Source of the DNA: an uncultured SAR86 cluster bacterium
GTDB taxonomy: Bacteria; Pseudomonadota; Gammaproteobacteria; Magnimaribacterales; D2472
Direction of reading: 5' to 3'
Length of the DNA: 64,000 bases
NCBI GenBank assembly: GCA_902591665.1
Contig: CACJBO010000001.1
Coordinates: 15,112 to 79,111 of the forward strand
Of the stretch, positions 1-11,489 are shown in pieces; the stretch's first letter is position 1; each line of letters begins with the position of its first letter. The notes under the pieces are model-generated. The model made no database searches. It saw nothing but the letters and a program-made list of their open reading frames with translations, and was not told where the DNA came from. Position numbers and translations under genes: made by a program.

Positions 1-954
1 CAAGGTCTTTCAGTAATATCTGATGGAGTTACACTTCAAGACTTTGCAGTTGAAGATGCAAAAGGAGATGCCATTAAAGTTAAGGGTGTTCATGGTATTA
101 GCTTTATAAGAGTAAGAACCGAGTGGACAAACGGACCAGATGAGCTCAATGGAGCTTATGGGTTGTATCCCGTAGAATCAAAAAATGTATTAATAGATTC
201 GTGTGTAGCAATTGGAGCCTCTGATGCTGGGATATATGTTGGGCAATCTGAAAATATTATTGTAAAAAATAGTAGAGCGGAATTTAATGTAGCTGGTATT
301 GAGATCGAAAACTCATATTATGCTGATGTTTTTAATAACCATGCGGAAAATAATACAGGCGGGATTCTTGTATTTGATCTTCCTGATATTCCCCAACAAG
401 GCGGCCATCATGTAAGAGTTTTTAGGAATAAATCTATTAATAATAATACTGATAATTTTGCTCCTGAAGGAAATATAGTTGGAGAAGTGCCAAGAGGAAC
501 TGGAATCATTATTCAAGCAAACTCTCATGTAGAGATATTTGAAAATGATATAGGTGGTAATGATACCGTTAATATTGCGATAGTCACCTATGGTTATGAG
601 ACTGAAGATGAAAATTATTACCCTCACCCTAGAGCAATTCAGATTCACAATAATAGGTTTACAAAGTCAGGAAATAATCCAGATTTAGAGACTGGAGAAT
701 TAGCAAAAATTCTCTATGAATTATCAGACAAAAATATGCCGGATATTTTTTGGGACGGGATACTTCCAATGAAACAAATAATATTTGGACAACCTGATAA
801 TGAAAAATTAATTCTTGGAGATAATGGCTCTGCTACATTTCTAACTATTAATCCAATTAAATACATGCTGCCAATCTTTAATCCTGTTGAGAGAGATTAT
901 GATAATTACAGAGGTACAATTACCCCTCTTCCGGAAGTAAAATTCAGTGACTAA
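1..954 (+). CDS. Parallel beta-helix repeat protein (partner of SO2930-type cytochrome), 5'-truncated by window edge
   Basis: Frame 1 is open from base 1 (QGLSVISDGVTLQDFAVEDAKGDAIKV...GAYGLYPVES). Beta-helix repeats GASDAGIYVGQS, NVAGIEIENS, NTGGILVFDLP. Confidence 0.85.
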   Translation, partial: QGLSVISDGVTLQDFAVEDAKGDAIKVKGVHGISFIRVRTEWTNGPDELNGAYGLYPVESKNVLIDSCVAIGASDAGIYVGQSENIIVKNSRAEFNVAGIEIENSYYADVFNNHAENNTGGILVFDLPDIPQQGGHHVRVFRNKSINNNTDNFAPEGNIVGEVPRGTGIIIQANSHVEIFENDIGGNDTVNIAIVTYGYETEDENYYPHPRAIQIHNNRFTKSGNNPDLETGELAKILYELSDKNMPDIFWDGILPMKQIIFGQPDNEKLILGDNGSATFLTINPIKYMLPIFNPVERDYDNYRGTITPLPEVKFSD

Positions 955-1987
955 AAGTAATATAAAACTCTTGTTATGCTTACTCTTTTTTAGTTATTTA
1001 GATTCTTCTGTTTATGTAAAAGAGGATCTTATTTATCAAGATAAACCACCGAAAAAACTATCAGAATATGGCTTTTTTCAAGATATGAATAATCAAAAAC
1101 CATCTGATGGAGTTCTGCCTTATGACTTAATTAGTCCTCTATTTTCAGATTATGCAGATAAATTAAGATTTATATATATTCCAGAAAATGAGATAGCAAC
1201 TTATAAGCCCAATAAGGTATTTGATTTTCCTAATGGCACTGCATTAATAAAAACTTTTGCATATTTAAATAATTATCAAAACTCAAATATTTCTAAGCAA
1301 CTTCTAGAGACTCGACTATTGATTAAGAAAAATAATGAATGGGTTAATGTTAGTTATGTTTGGAACGATGAACAAAATGAAGCTTTTTTAAGCATTGCTG
1401 GAAAAACTATTTCGACCAAATTTGTTAATGAATTTGGTGATTTAATAGATGTGCGATACAGGGTTCCCAATATTAATCAGTGCAAAGAGTGTCATATATC
1501 AAATAAGAAAATAACTCCTATTGGACCAAAAGCAAGGAATCTTAATAGAGACTTTGAGTACTTTAATGGAAGAATGAATCAATTAACCAAATGGCACAAC
1601 CAAGGATGGATTGTTGACGAAATAAATGAAAAGAATATGGTTGATTGGTCTGATAAGTCATCAAGCCTTGATGCAAAAGCTAGATCCTATCTCGATATTA
1701 ACTGCGCTCATTGTCATATTGAAGGAGGATCAGCGGATACAAGCGGTCTTTATCTTGATTACACCGAAAATCGCAAAATTAATTTAGGTATTTTTAAAAA
1801 GCCAGTAGCTACAGGCAGAGCTAGTAATAATCTTAGTTATTCGATTGTTCCGGGGGAGCCAAAAAAATCTATCTTGCTTTTTAGGATGGAGTCTTTAGAT
1901 CCTGGCATTATGATGCCTGAGTCAGGAAGAGCTTTGCAGCATAAAGAGGCTATTGAATTAATTAATGAATGGATTAAAAATCTTTAA
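947..1987 (+). CDS. SO2930-family diheme c-type cytochrome
   Basis: Signal peptide, two CxxCH motifs (CKECH, CAHCH), PLFSDYA.KLRF and LETRLL motifs; overlaps the upstream gene. Confidence 0.8.
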   Translation: MTKSNIKLLLCLLFFSYLDSSVYVKEDLIYQDKPPKKLSEYGFFQDMNNQKPSDGVLPYDLISPLFSDYADKLRFIYIPENEIATYKPNKVFDFPNGTALIKTFAYLNNYQNSNISKQLLETRLLIKKNNEWVNVSYVWNDEQNEAFLSIAGKTISTKFVNEFGDLIDVRYRVPNINQCKECHISNKKITPIGPKARNLNRDFEYFNGRMNQLTKWHNQGWIVDEINEKNMVDWSDKSSSLDAKARSYLDINCAHCHIEGGSADTSGLYLDYTENRKINLGIFKKPVATGRASNNLSYSIVPGEPKKSILLFRMESLDPGIMMPESGRALQHKEAIELINEWIKNL

Positions 1988-2051
1988 AATATCTTTAAAT
2001 TTGTTATAAAGTGCATAAGTATTATAAATACCTTTTAAGGAGAAATTCATT

Positions 2052-2849
2052 ATGTCTAATCATTCAGCTTTAAATACTTTTGGTAAATCAGGGAATCCTG
2101 CAATTAGGTCATCAGCTTTTAATATTAGATCAAATGATTCTAGTGACAGGATGACTTTAGATGGAGCTGTGAATAAGACAGCTGTTATGTTGGCAGTATT
2201 GGTTTCAACAGCCATATTTTCATGGGTGTTTACATCTAATCCGATTGTTCAATTAATTAGTTTCATATCTATTTTTGCCGGTTACGTGTCTATGTTTGCA
2301 ACCTTTGGGTTTTATTTCTTTTTCATAGGATGGATTGTTAAACCGCGTCCCTATCTTGCTCCTAAACTATGGTTAATTGTTGCCGCCGGTCAGGGATTTT
2401 TAGTTGGACAGATTTCACTTTTTGCAGAAACGATGTATCCAGGTATTGTTCTTGAAGCAGTTTCACTTACTTTTTGCGTTGCTGCTTCTTTATTGCTTGC
2501 ATATAAATCTGGGCTTATAAAGCCAACTCAAAATTTTGTATTAATGGTATTTGCAGCAACTGTGGGCATTCTTTTATTTTATTTATCATTATGGATCTTT
2601 TCACTATTTGGATTTGGTCTACCAAACATAATTAGTGGTAATAGTAATACTGCTATTGGATTCTCTTTGTTTGTTGTTGCTATGGCTGCTTTTAATCTTG
2701 TTATCGATTTTGATATTATTGAGCAGTCAGCTGATGAGGGAGCTCCAAAATATATGGAATATTTTGGGTCTATGGCATTAACTATTACTTTAGTGTGGTT
2801 ATACATAGAAATATTGAGGCTCTTGATGAAACTAAACTCTAGAAGATAA
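2052..2849 (+). CDS. Bax inhibitor-1/YccA-like membrane protein
   Basis: SGNPA...MTLDGAVNKT N-terminus, about 7 TM segments, C-terminal LVWLYIEILRLL; AGGAG RBS upstream. Confidence 0.85.
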   Translation: MSNHSALNTFGKSGNPAIRSSAFNIRSNDSSDRMTLDGAVNKTAVMLAVLVSTAIFSWVFTSNPIVQLISFISIFAGYVSMFATFGFYFFFIGWIVKPRPYLAPKLWLIVAAGQGFLVGQISLFAETMYPGIVLEAVSLTFCVAASLLLAYKSGLIKPTQNFVLMVFAATVGILLFYLSLWIFSLFGFGLPNIISGNSNTAIGFSLFVVAMAAFNLVIDFDIIEQSADEGAPKYMEYFGSMALTITLVWLYIEILRLLMKLNSRR

Positions 2850-3061
2850 TGTTTTCAGGAAATCCTTATATATTAATTTTGGGAGGAATATCAATTTTAA
2901 TTTTTTTTACTTTCTTAAGAACTCGTGCATCAAAAAAACAAATGAATAGAAATAATAGGGCAGATTATTCTTGGTATTGGTTTAAAAGCAAAGAAAAGAA
3001 AAAAGAAGAAAATATCATTGATGGTATAGCAGAGGAAGTTAAAGATGATAAAAATGAATAA
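2849..3061 (+). CDS. Small single-TM hypothetical protein
   Basis: TAATG coupling to the upstream gene; N-terminal hydrophobic helix and charged tail. Confidence 0.6.
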   Translation: MFSGNPYILILGGISILIFFTFLRTRASKKQMNRNNRADYSWYWFKSKEKKKEENIIDGIAEEVKDDKNE

Positions 3062-5213
3062 ATTTGTATTACTGATATTAACTTTCAATTTATCGTTAAA
3101 TATATATACCAGTCCTCCAATTATTCAGCCTGGTGCTCCAGGCGAAAATTCTAAAGTGCTTGACCCTGATCTAGCATCAAATATAGCTGGAGCAAGTTAT
3201 GTTGAAGCTGATGTTAGATTTTTAGAGGGAATGATTACACATCATAGACAAGCAATAGTGATGTCCAAACTTGCAAAAAAAAGAACTAACAACAAAACAA
3301 TTCTTGACTTAGCTAACAGAATTGACGTTTCTCAAGAAGACGAAATTAATTTCATGGAAAGCTGGTTAAAGTCAAGAAAAGAGATAAAAACAAATATATC
3401 TCATAATCACCATATGCATATGGAAATGTCTGGAATGGCATCTCCAGATCAACTTATAGAACTTGAAAATTCAAAAAGTACCGATTTTGATAGATTGTTT
3501 CTTCAGTTAATGATAGCCCATCATGATGGTGCGCTTGAAATGGTTAAAGAACTAAAAAAATACCCAGGATCAGCAAATGAACCACTCTTAAATGAATTTG
3601 TTGCTGATTTAGTGAATGATCAAGGTGTTGAAATTGAAAGAATGAATATCATTGCAGTTAATCTTTCAGATGATCCTAGATCAGGCTTAACTGCCGGTCT
3701 TTTTATTGCTGATGAAGCTATTCTAAATTTGGAACTAATTGCTTCCCTTCGAAAACCTGTTGGATTTTATGATCCAGATGATCCTGAGGCAAAAGGTAAA
3801 GAAGACCTCACAAAAGATCTTGATGAAGATAGAGAATTATCAACTCTTGAGAAATCAAGAGCAAGAAAATCACCTATTTTAAGCTTTGCAAATACTGATA
3901 TGGCTTTCAGGGATGATCTGCTTGTCGCTGGAAATTATCATGGTTTTAATATGTATAAAATTAATGAAGATGGAGTTCCGAGTCTTATTTCATCAATAGT
4001 TTGTCCTGGTGGTCAAGGCGATGTCTCAATTGTAGGAAATCTATTAATTATGTCTGTTGAGCAAATCAGAAGCAGAGTAGACTGTGGATCTAATGGTGTT
4101 GGAAGAGATGCAAGTTCTGATAGGTTCAGAGGGATTAGGATTTTTGATATCTCAGATTTAACAAATCCAAAACAAGTGGGTGCAGTTCAAACTTGCCGAG
4201 GATCTCATACTCATTCAGTTGTTTCAGGACCAACTAATGGTGGAAAAATTGTTGTTTATAATTCAGGAACTTCTAGTGTTAGAGATGAAGAAGAAATGGA
4301 GCAATGCATTGGAGATATACCTGGAGATAAAAGAACAGCTTTATTTAGAATTGATGTTATAGAAATTCCAGTTTCTGATCCTTCAAAATCTAAAATTGTA
4401 AGCAGTCCGACTGTCTTTGCAGACCCAGAGACTGGTGCTCTTGGTGGCTTATGGGTTGGGGGCGATCATGGAGACGATACTCAAGAAACCAAAAGAACTG
4501 ATCAATGTCATGATATTACTGTATTCCCATCAGCTAACATTGCAGCAGGAGCTTGTTCTGGAAATGGTATCTTGTTTGATATAAGCGATCCATATAATCC
4601 CAAAAGACTTGATGTTGTTACTGATATTGGTTTCGCTTATTGGCATTCAGCAACATTTAATAATGATGGAACGAAAGTTATATTTACTGACGAATGGGGT
4701 GGTGGTGGCCGTCCAAGATGCAGAGCATGGGATCCATTAGATTGGGGAGCAGATGCTATCTATGACATAGTTGATAATAAATTAGAGTTTAGGAGCCATT
4801 ACAAAATGCCTGCACCACAAGTTGAAACAGAAAATTGTGTTGCTCATAACGGATCTATAATACCTGTTCCAGGTCGTGATATTTTTGTTCAAGCTTGGTA
4901 TCAAGGCGGAATATCAATTATGGATTTTACTGATTCAGCCAATCCTAAAGAAATAGCTTATTTTGATAGAGGGCCTATTAATGATGAAATTTTAGTAACT
5001 GGAGGTTACTGGTCTGCCTATTATTATGATGGATATATTTATGGTACTGAAATAACTAGAGGTTTAGATGTTTTCAAACTGACTCCAAGTGAGCATCTGA
5101 CTGCAAAAGAAATTGAACAAGCCGCTGGCGCATATCCGATTAATGGATCTATGGTTTTCAACCCGCAACAACAAATACCAATGGCATGGCCAGAAAGCGG
5201 TGCAAGTCAATAA
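3045..5213 (+). CDS. Exported DUF305 (ferritin-like) plus LVIVD-repeat beta-propeller fusion protein
   Basis: Signal peptide; DUF305 motifs ADVRFLEGMITHHRQA and FLQLMIAHHDGA; LVIVD-type C-terminal region (CPGGQGDVS, TCRGSHTH, QAWYQGG). Start may be the ATG at 3054. Confidence 0.8.
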   Translation: MIKMNKFVLLILTFNLSLNIYTSPPIIQPGAPGENSKVLDPDLASNIAGASYVEADVRFLEGMITHHRQAIVMSKLAKKRTNNKTILDLANRIDVSQEDEINFMESWLKSRKEIKTNISHNHHMHMEMSGMASPDQLIELENSKSTDFDRLFLQLMIAHHDGALEMVKELKKYPGSANEPLLNEFVADLVNDQGVEIERMNIIAVNLSDDPRSGLTAGLFIADEAILNLELIASLRKPVGFYDPDDPEAKGKEDLTKDLDEDRELSTLEKSRARKSPILSFANTDMAFRDDLLVAGNYHGFNMYKINEDGVPSLISSIVCPGGQGDVSIVGNLLIMSVEQIRSRVDCGSNGVGRDASSDRFRGIRIFDISDLTNPKQVGAVQTCRGSHTHSVVSGPTNGGKIVVYNSGTSSVRDEEEMEQCIGDIPGDKRTALFRIDVIEIPVSDPSKSKIVSSPTVFADPETGALGGLWVGGDHGDDTQETKRTDQCHDITVFPSANIAAGACSGNGILFDISDPYNPKRLDVVTDIGFAYWHSATFNNDGTKVIFTDEWGGGGRPRCRAWDPLDWGADAIYDIVDNKLEFRSHYKMPAPQVETENCVAHNGSIIPVPGRDIFVQAWYQGGISIMDFTDSANPKEIAYFDRGPINDEILVTGGYWSAYYYDGYIYGTEITRGLDVFKLTPSEHLTAKEIEQAAGAYPINGSMVFNPQQQIPMAWPESGASQ

Positions 5214-5229
5214 AAAATAATTAGTTATT

Positions 5230-6045
5230 ATGGAAATTGCTTTTGATTTTGGAATAACCAATACAGATGTTGCAGTTCAAGATAATCAAGAACTAACTTT
5301 TTATACATTTTCCTCAAAAAAAGTTGAGATAGCTTTTATTTTAGAAATTCTCTCTGAAATAAATCTAGATACAAAACTTATCGCCAAAATTGCTGTCACA
5401 GGAGGCAAATCTAGCGACCTTCAAGATGCTTTAGATGGCATACCAATAATTAAAATTAATGAAGTTGAGGCTGTGGGTCATGGTGCTAAAGAGTTATATC
5501 AAATAAAAGATCAAAAGTTCATGGCTGTTAGTACTGGAACAGGCACCGCTTGCGTTACTTATATGGATAATAAATTTCACCATTTAGGTGGCATATCTGT
5601 TGGGGGCGGAACCTTACAAGGTTTATCTAATTTGACTATTGATATTAATAAAGCAGATGAGATTGAGGAATTATCTAGAATAGGTAATAAAAAGAACCTA
5701 GACGCATTAATTGGTGAGGTTGTAAATAATATTGGTTCTCTTAATCCAGACATAACAGCTTCTAATTTTTCTAAAGCAAGAAATATGAATAACTTTAATA
5801 ATGAAGATATAGCATCCTCCATATCAAATATGGTTGGAGAGGTAATTGGGACTGTAGCTTATCTAAATGCATTATTAATCGGTGTAAGTAATGTCTATTT
5901 TATTGGAAGAGTTTCTAAGATGAGTAACGTTAGAAATGGGATAGAAAAAAGATTGAATTTAGCTGGAATATCAGGCAATTACATAGAAAAACAAGAATTT
6001 GCAAATGTGATTGGCGCTATTGCATATTTAAATGCCAATACCTAA
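5230..6045 (+). CDS. Type II (Fumble/CoaW-like) pantothenate kinase-like protein
   Basis: DFGITNT, VTGG, NEVEAVGHG, STGTGT, GGISVGGGTLQGL and TASNF follow the motif order of staphylococcal CoaW. Confidence 0.75.
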   Translation: MEIAFDFGITNTDVAVQDNQELTFYTFSSKKVEIAFILEILSEINLDTKLIAKIAVTGGKSSDLQDALDGIPIIKINEVEAVGHGAKELYQIKDQKFMAVSTGTGTACVTYMDNKFHHLGGISVGGGTLQGLSNLTIDINKADEIEELSRIGNKKNLDALIGEVVNNIGSLNPDITASNFSKARNMNNFNNEDIASSISNMVGEVIGTVAYLNALLIGVSNVYFIGRVSKMSNVRNGIEKRLNLAGISGNYIEKQEFANVIGAIAYLNANT

Positions 6046-6072
6046 AATGTAAATAATTAACGATATATTCCA

Positions 6073-7323
6073 ATGATAGTTACAGACAAATCATCAATCA
6101 TTACCTTTGCAATACCAGTTTTCATGCTGTTGATTCTTATTGAGTATTGTTATGGAGTCTATAAAGGTAAAAGCAATTACAGATTGAATGATACTTTTAC
6201 GAGCCTATCGATTGGAATGATTAGCAGATATCCGACTATGCTTAATCTTGGTCTACAAAGTCTTATCTTTGTATATATAAGTAAATATTTTAATGTTGGT
6301 TTGTTGTCAATTAAGAATCCTATAACTTGGATTGTGGCTTTTCTTCTCTATGATCTTTCTTATTACTGGATGCATAGAATGCATCACGAGATAAAAATTT
6401 TATGGGCAACTCATAGCGTCCATCATCATGGCGAGGAATTCAACCTGTCCACTGCACTCAGACAAACAAGCACAGGATGGTTATGGAAATGGGTATTTTA
6501 TCTACCAATGGTATTTCTTGGGGTGCCGGGCGAAGTTTTCGTTACTGTAGCTGGTATTAATTTAGTCTATCAGTTTTGGGTTCATACAGAACATATAGGC
6601 CATCTAGGTTTTTTAGAAAAGATATTTATCACTCCAATGAATCATGGTATCCATCACGCTAAAAATAAAGAGTATATAGATGCTAATTACGGTGGGGTCT
6701 TCATAATATGGGATCGTATGTTTGGAACTTATATTGCTAGAGATCCTGAAATTACACCTGTGTATGGAACCGTGAGTGCACTAAAAAGTTGGAATCCTAT
6801 TTGGGCCAATTTTCAAATTTTTACAACCATGTTTAAAGACTCGATGAAAACCAAAAAGTTTAGTGACAAGATAAAAGTATGGTTTTCAAAAACTTATTGG
6901 AGACCAGATGACTGCATAGAAGAAAAAGATCCTAAAGATTTTTACATTAAATATGACCCTGTAATATCAACAGATATTAAAGTTTTTAGTTTCTTGCAAC
7001 TCATGTTTACCGGCATTGTTTCTACTTCAGTGTTATTTTTCCTATCTCAGATTACTTACAATGAAATTTTTATATATGCAGTTGCTATAACTATTTTAAG
7101 CTCGATGACAGGCCTGCTTTTAGAGGGCAAAAGATATATGTATTTTGTAATATTAATGTTTTCAGTTGCAGGTATTTTAGCTATCGAATTATTTGGAGTG
7201 TTAAATACTAACGTTCTTTCAACAACTCTCTTAAGTAGCCAGTTATACGTAAATATTCTTTTAGTATGTCTAATATATATTTATCAAAGCTACCAAGGCT
7301 TTTCAGCAGCTAGAGCTAGATAA
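6073..7323 (+). CDS. Sterol desaturase/fatty acid hydroxylase family, alkylglycerol monooxygenase-like
   Basis: His boxes HRMHH, HSVHH, QFWVH, HGIHH; NLSTALRQ and IIWDRMFGT; extra C-terminal TM helices. Confidence 0.85.
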   Translation: MIVTDKSSIITFAIPVFMLLILIEYCYGVYKGKSNYRLNDTFTSLSIGMISRYPTMLNLGLQSLIFVYISKYFNVGLLSIKNPITWIVAFLLYDLSYYWMHRMHHEIKILWATHSVHHHGEEFNLSTALRQTSTGWLWKWVFYLPMVFLGVPGEVFVTVAGINLVYQFWVHTEHIGHLGFLEKIFITPMNHGIHHAKNKEYIDANYGGVFIIWDRMFGTYIARDPEITPVYGTVSALKSWNPIWANFQIFTTMFKDSMKTKKFSDKIKVWFSKTYWRPDDCIEEKDPKDFYIKYDPVISTDIKVFSFLQLMFTGIVSTSVLFFLSQITYNEIFIYAVAITILSSMTGLLLEGKRYMYFVILMFSVAGILAIELFGVLNTNVLSTTLLSSQLYVNILLVCLIYIYQSYQGFSAARAR

Positions 7324-8049
7324 TTAAGACCTTATTTTAGCAGGCACTCCTGCGACGGTAGTATTATCCGGTACATCTTTTAGAACAAGACTTCCTGCTG
7401 CTACGATTGCACCCTCTCCTATTGTAATATCACCCAAAACAGTGCTTGCAGCAAAGATTGATGCTCCTTTCTTTATATTTGGATGTCTTTTTCCTGATTC
7501 AAAACCCTTGCCACCTAAAGTTACACCTTGGAAAATTGATACTTCAGATTCAATTTTAGATGTTTCACCAATGACAACACCAGTAGCATGATCGATCATT
7601 ACAGCTCCGGCAATTTTAGCAGCGGGGTGAATATCAACACCAAATACTTCTGAAGCTCTATTTTGAAAAAATAATGCCATTGTGTGTCTTTCATTGTTCC
7701 ACAGACAATGTGCTGCTCTATAAGTAGCTAAACCTAGAAATCCTTTATAAAAAAGTAATGGTGTAGAAAAGTATTTGCATGCAGGATCATGATCTTTGAA
7801 AAACTTTATATCTTCTTCAAGGTTTTTTTCAATATCTTCGCAATCTCTATATACCTCTAAGATAAATTTCTTAATATCCATTGCGGACAAAGCATCGCTA
7901 TGTAATTTCGAAGCTAAAATCGATGCTACAGCTCCAATTAAATCTTTTTGAGACAGAACAAGTGAATATAAAAAAGAACCAAGAGATGGCTCAGCTTCAA
8001 CCCTCAACTTGATCTCATTTTGAATTTTGGTCCACAAATCTATATCCAT
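7324..8049 (-). CDS. cysE: Serine O-acetyltransferase
   Basis: DPAC...PLLFYKGF, VDIHPAA, DHATGVVIGET, VTLGG, RHP, VAGVPAK. Confidence 0.92.
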   Translation of the reverse strand: MDIDLWTKIQNEIKLRVEAEPSLGSFLYSLVLSQKDLIGAVASILASKLHSDALSAMDIKKFILEVYRDCEDIEKNLEEDIKFFKDHDPACKYFSTPLLFYKGFLGLATYRAAHCLWNNERHTMALFFQNRASEVFGVDIHPAAKIAGAVMIDHATGVVIGETSKIESEVSIFQGVTLGGKGFESGKRHPNIKKGASIFAASTVLGDITIGEGAIVAAGSLVLKDVPDNTTVAGVPAKIRS

Positions 8050-8082
8050 ATGAAAAGGATTATAAGCATATTGAGATAATAT

Positions 8083-8113
8083 AAAAGCTCAGGTGCCTTT
8101 ATGACACCTGAGT
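8083..8113 (-). terminator. Rho-independent terminator after katG
   Basis: Minus strand CTCAGGTGTC-ATAAA-GGCACCTGAG followed by CTTTT. Confidence 0.75.
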
Positions 8114-8122
8114 TATTATTTA

Positions 8123-10294
<2,172 letters not shown>

Positions 10295-10385
10295 TTAATT
10301 TTGAGTTACTTAATACTTTAACTAATTTTTATATATTGATAAATATACTATTAATGTATTTTATGTTCGATTAAAATGTATATAA

Positions 10386-11288
10386 ATGATCTCTATAAAG
10401 CAATTAAATTATGCGCTTGCAGTTGCCAAGAGGTTGCACTTTAAAAAAGCAGCAGATGATTGTTTTGTATCACCTTCTACTCTGAGTAATGCAATTACAG
10501 AACTTGAAAATCAAATTGGTTTTCAAATTTTTGAAAGAACAAATAAAAAAGTCATAGTCACCAAACTTGGACTTGAACTTTTAAAAAAGGCTGAAACAGT
10601 TCAGCTTCATATTGAAGATATAAAAAATCTTGGTGAGAAACAAAAAGCTCCATTAAGCTCCCCATTAACCATTGGAATTATTCCAACCATAGGTCCTTAT
10701 TTACTCCCTCTAGTCCTACCAAAATTAAAAAAATATCATCCAAATCTAAACTTAAAAATTTTAGAGGGCAAATCTAGCTCATTAGTGCAAAAAGTGAATG
10801 ATGGAGACTTAGATATGGCTATTCTTGCTCTTCCATACAACTTAGGAGGATTATTATCCTTTAAATTTTGGGAAGAAAACTTTTATTATGTAAGCCACAA
10901 AAAAAATGAATACAAAAAAGCATTAAAAGCAAAAGATATAAATTTTTCAGAATTAATGTTGCTCGATGATGGCCATTGTTTAAAAAATCATGTGCTAGCT
11001 GCATGTAAAATTAATGATAATCAACAATTTTCAATGGAAGCATCTAGTCTTACTACCTTGATCCAATTAGTAGCTAATAATATGGGTTCAACTCTTGTTC
11101 CCCACATGTCGATTAAACATTTGATTCATACTAATTCGATGATAAAAAAGTCAATCTTAAACGAGCCTGGTCCCCATCGAGAGCTTGCAATAGTAGTAAG
11201 ACAAACTTATGCAGATATTGAAAATGTTATGCTATTGATTGATATTTTTAAAAATGAATTGGGTAAATATTCAGAAAATATTCAATAA
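10386..11288 (+). CDS. oxyR: Peroxide-sensing LysR regulator OxyR
   Basis: LysR HTH; DGHCLKNHVLAAC carries both redox cysteines; divergent from katG. Confidence 0.9.
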   Translation: MISIKQLNYALAVAKRLHFKKAADDCFVSPSTLSNAITELENQIGFQIFERTNKKVIVTKLGLELLKKAETVQLHIEDIKNLGEKQKAPLSSPLTIGIIPTIGPYLLPLVLPKLKKYHPNLNLKILEGKSSSLVQKVNDGDLDMAILALPYNLGGLLSFKFWEENFYYVSHKKNEYKKALKAKDINFSELMLLDDGHCLKNHVLAACKINDNQQFSMEASSLTTLIQLVANNMGSTLVPHMSIKHLIHTNSMIKKSILNEPGPHRELAIVVRQTYADIENVMLLIDIFKNELGKYSENIQ

Positions 11289-11293
11289 AGAAA

Positions 11294-11369
11294 TGGTGGA
11301 GCTACGCGGGATCGAACCGCGGACCCCCTGCTTGCAAAGCAGGTGCTCTCCCAGCTGAGCTATAGCCCC
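11294..11369 (-). tRNA. tRNA-Ala (TGC)
   Basis: 76 nt GGGGCTATAGCTCAGCTGGGAGAGC...TTGCAAG...GGTTCGATCC...CTCCACCA; G3-U70 pair; encoded CCA. Confidence 0.97.
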
Positions 11370-11421
11370 ATTTTCAAAAGCTGTATTGTACTTTAAAAAT
11401 TTTAATTTTGTACACTAATTC

Positions 11422-11455
11422 AAAGAAAAGGGGTGAACAATGCCACCCCAATTTT
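11422..11455 (-). terminator. Rho-independent terminator after the TonB-dependent receptor gene
   Basis: Minus strand GGGGTG-GCATTGTT-CACCCC followed by TTTTCTTT. Confidence 0.7.
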
Positions 11456-11489
11456 TGAAAGCTAAAGCGCTCTCAAGCTATAAATCTCA

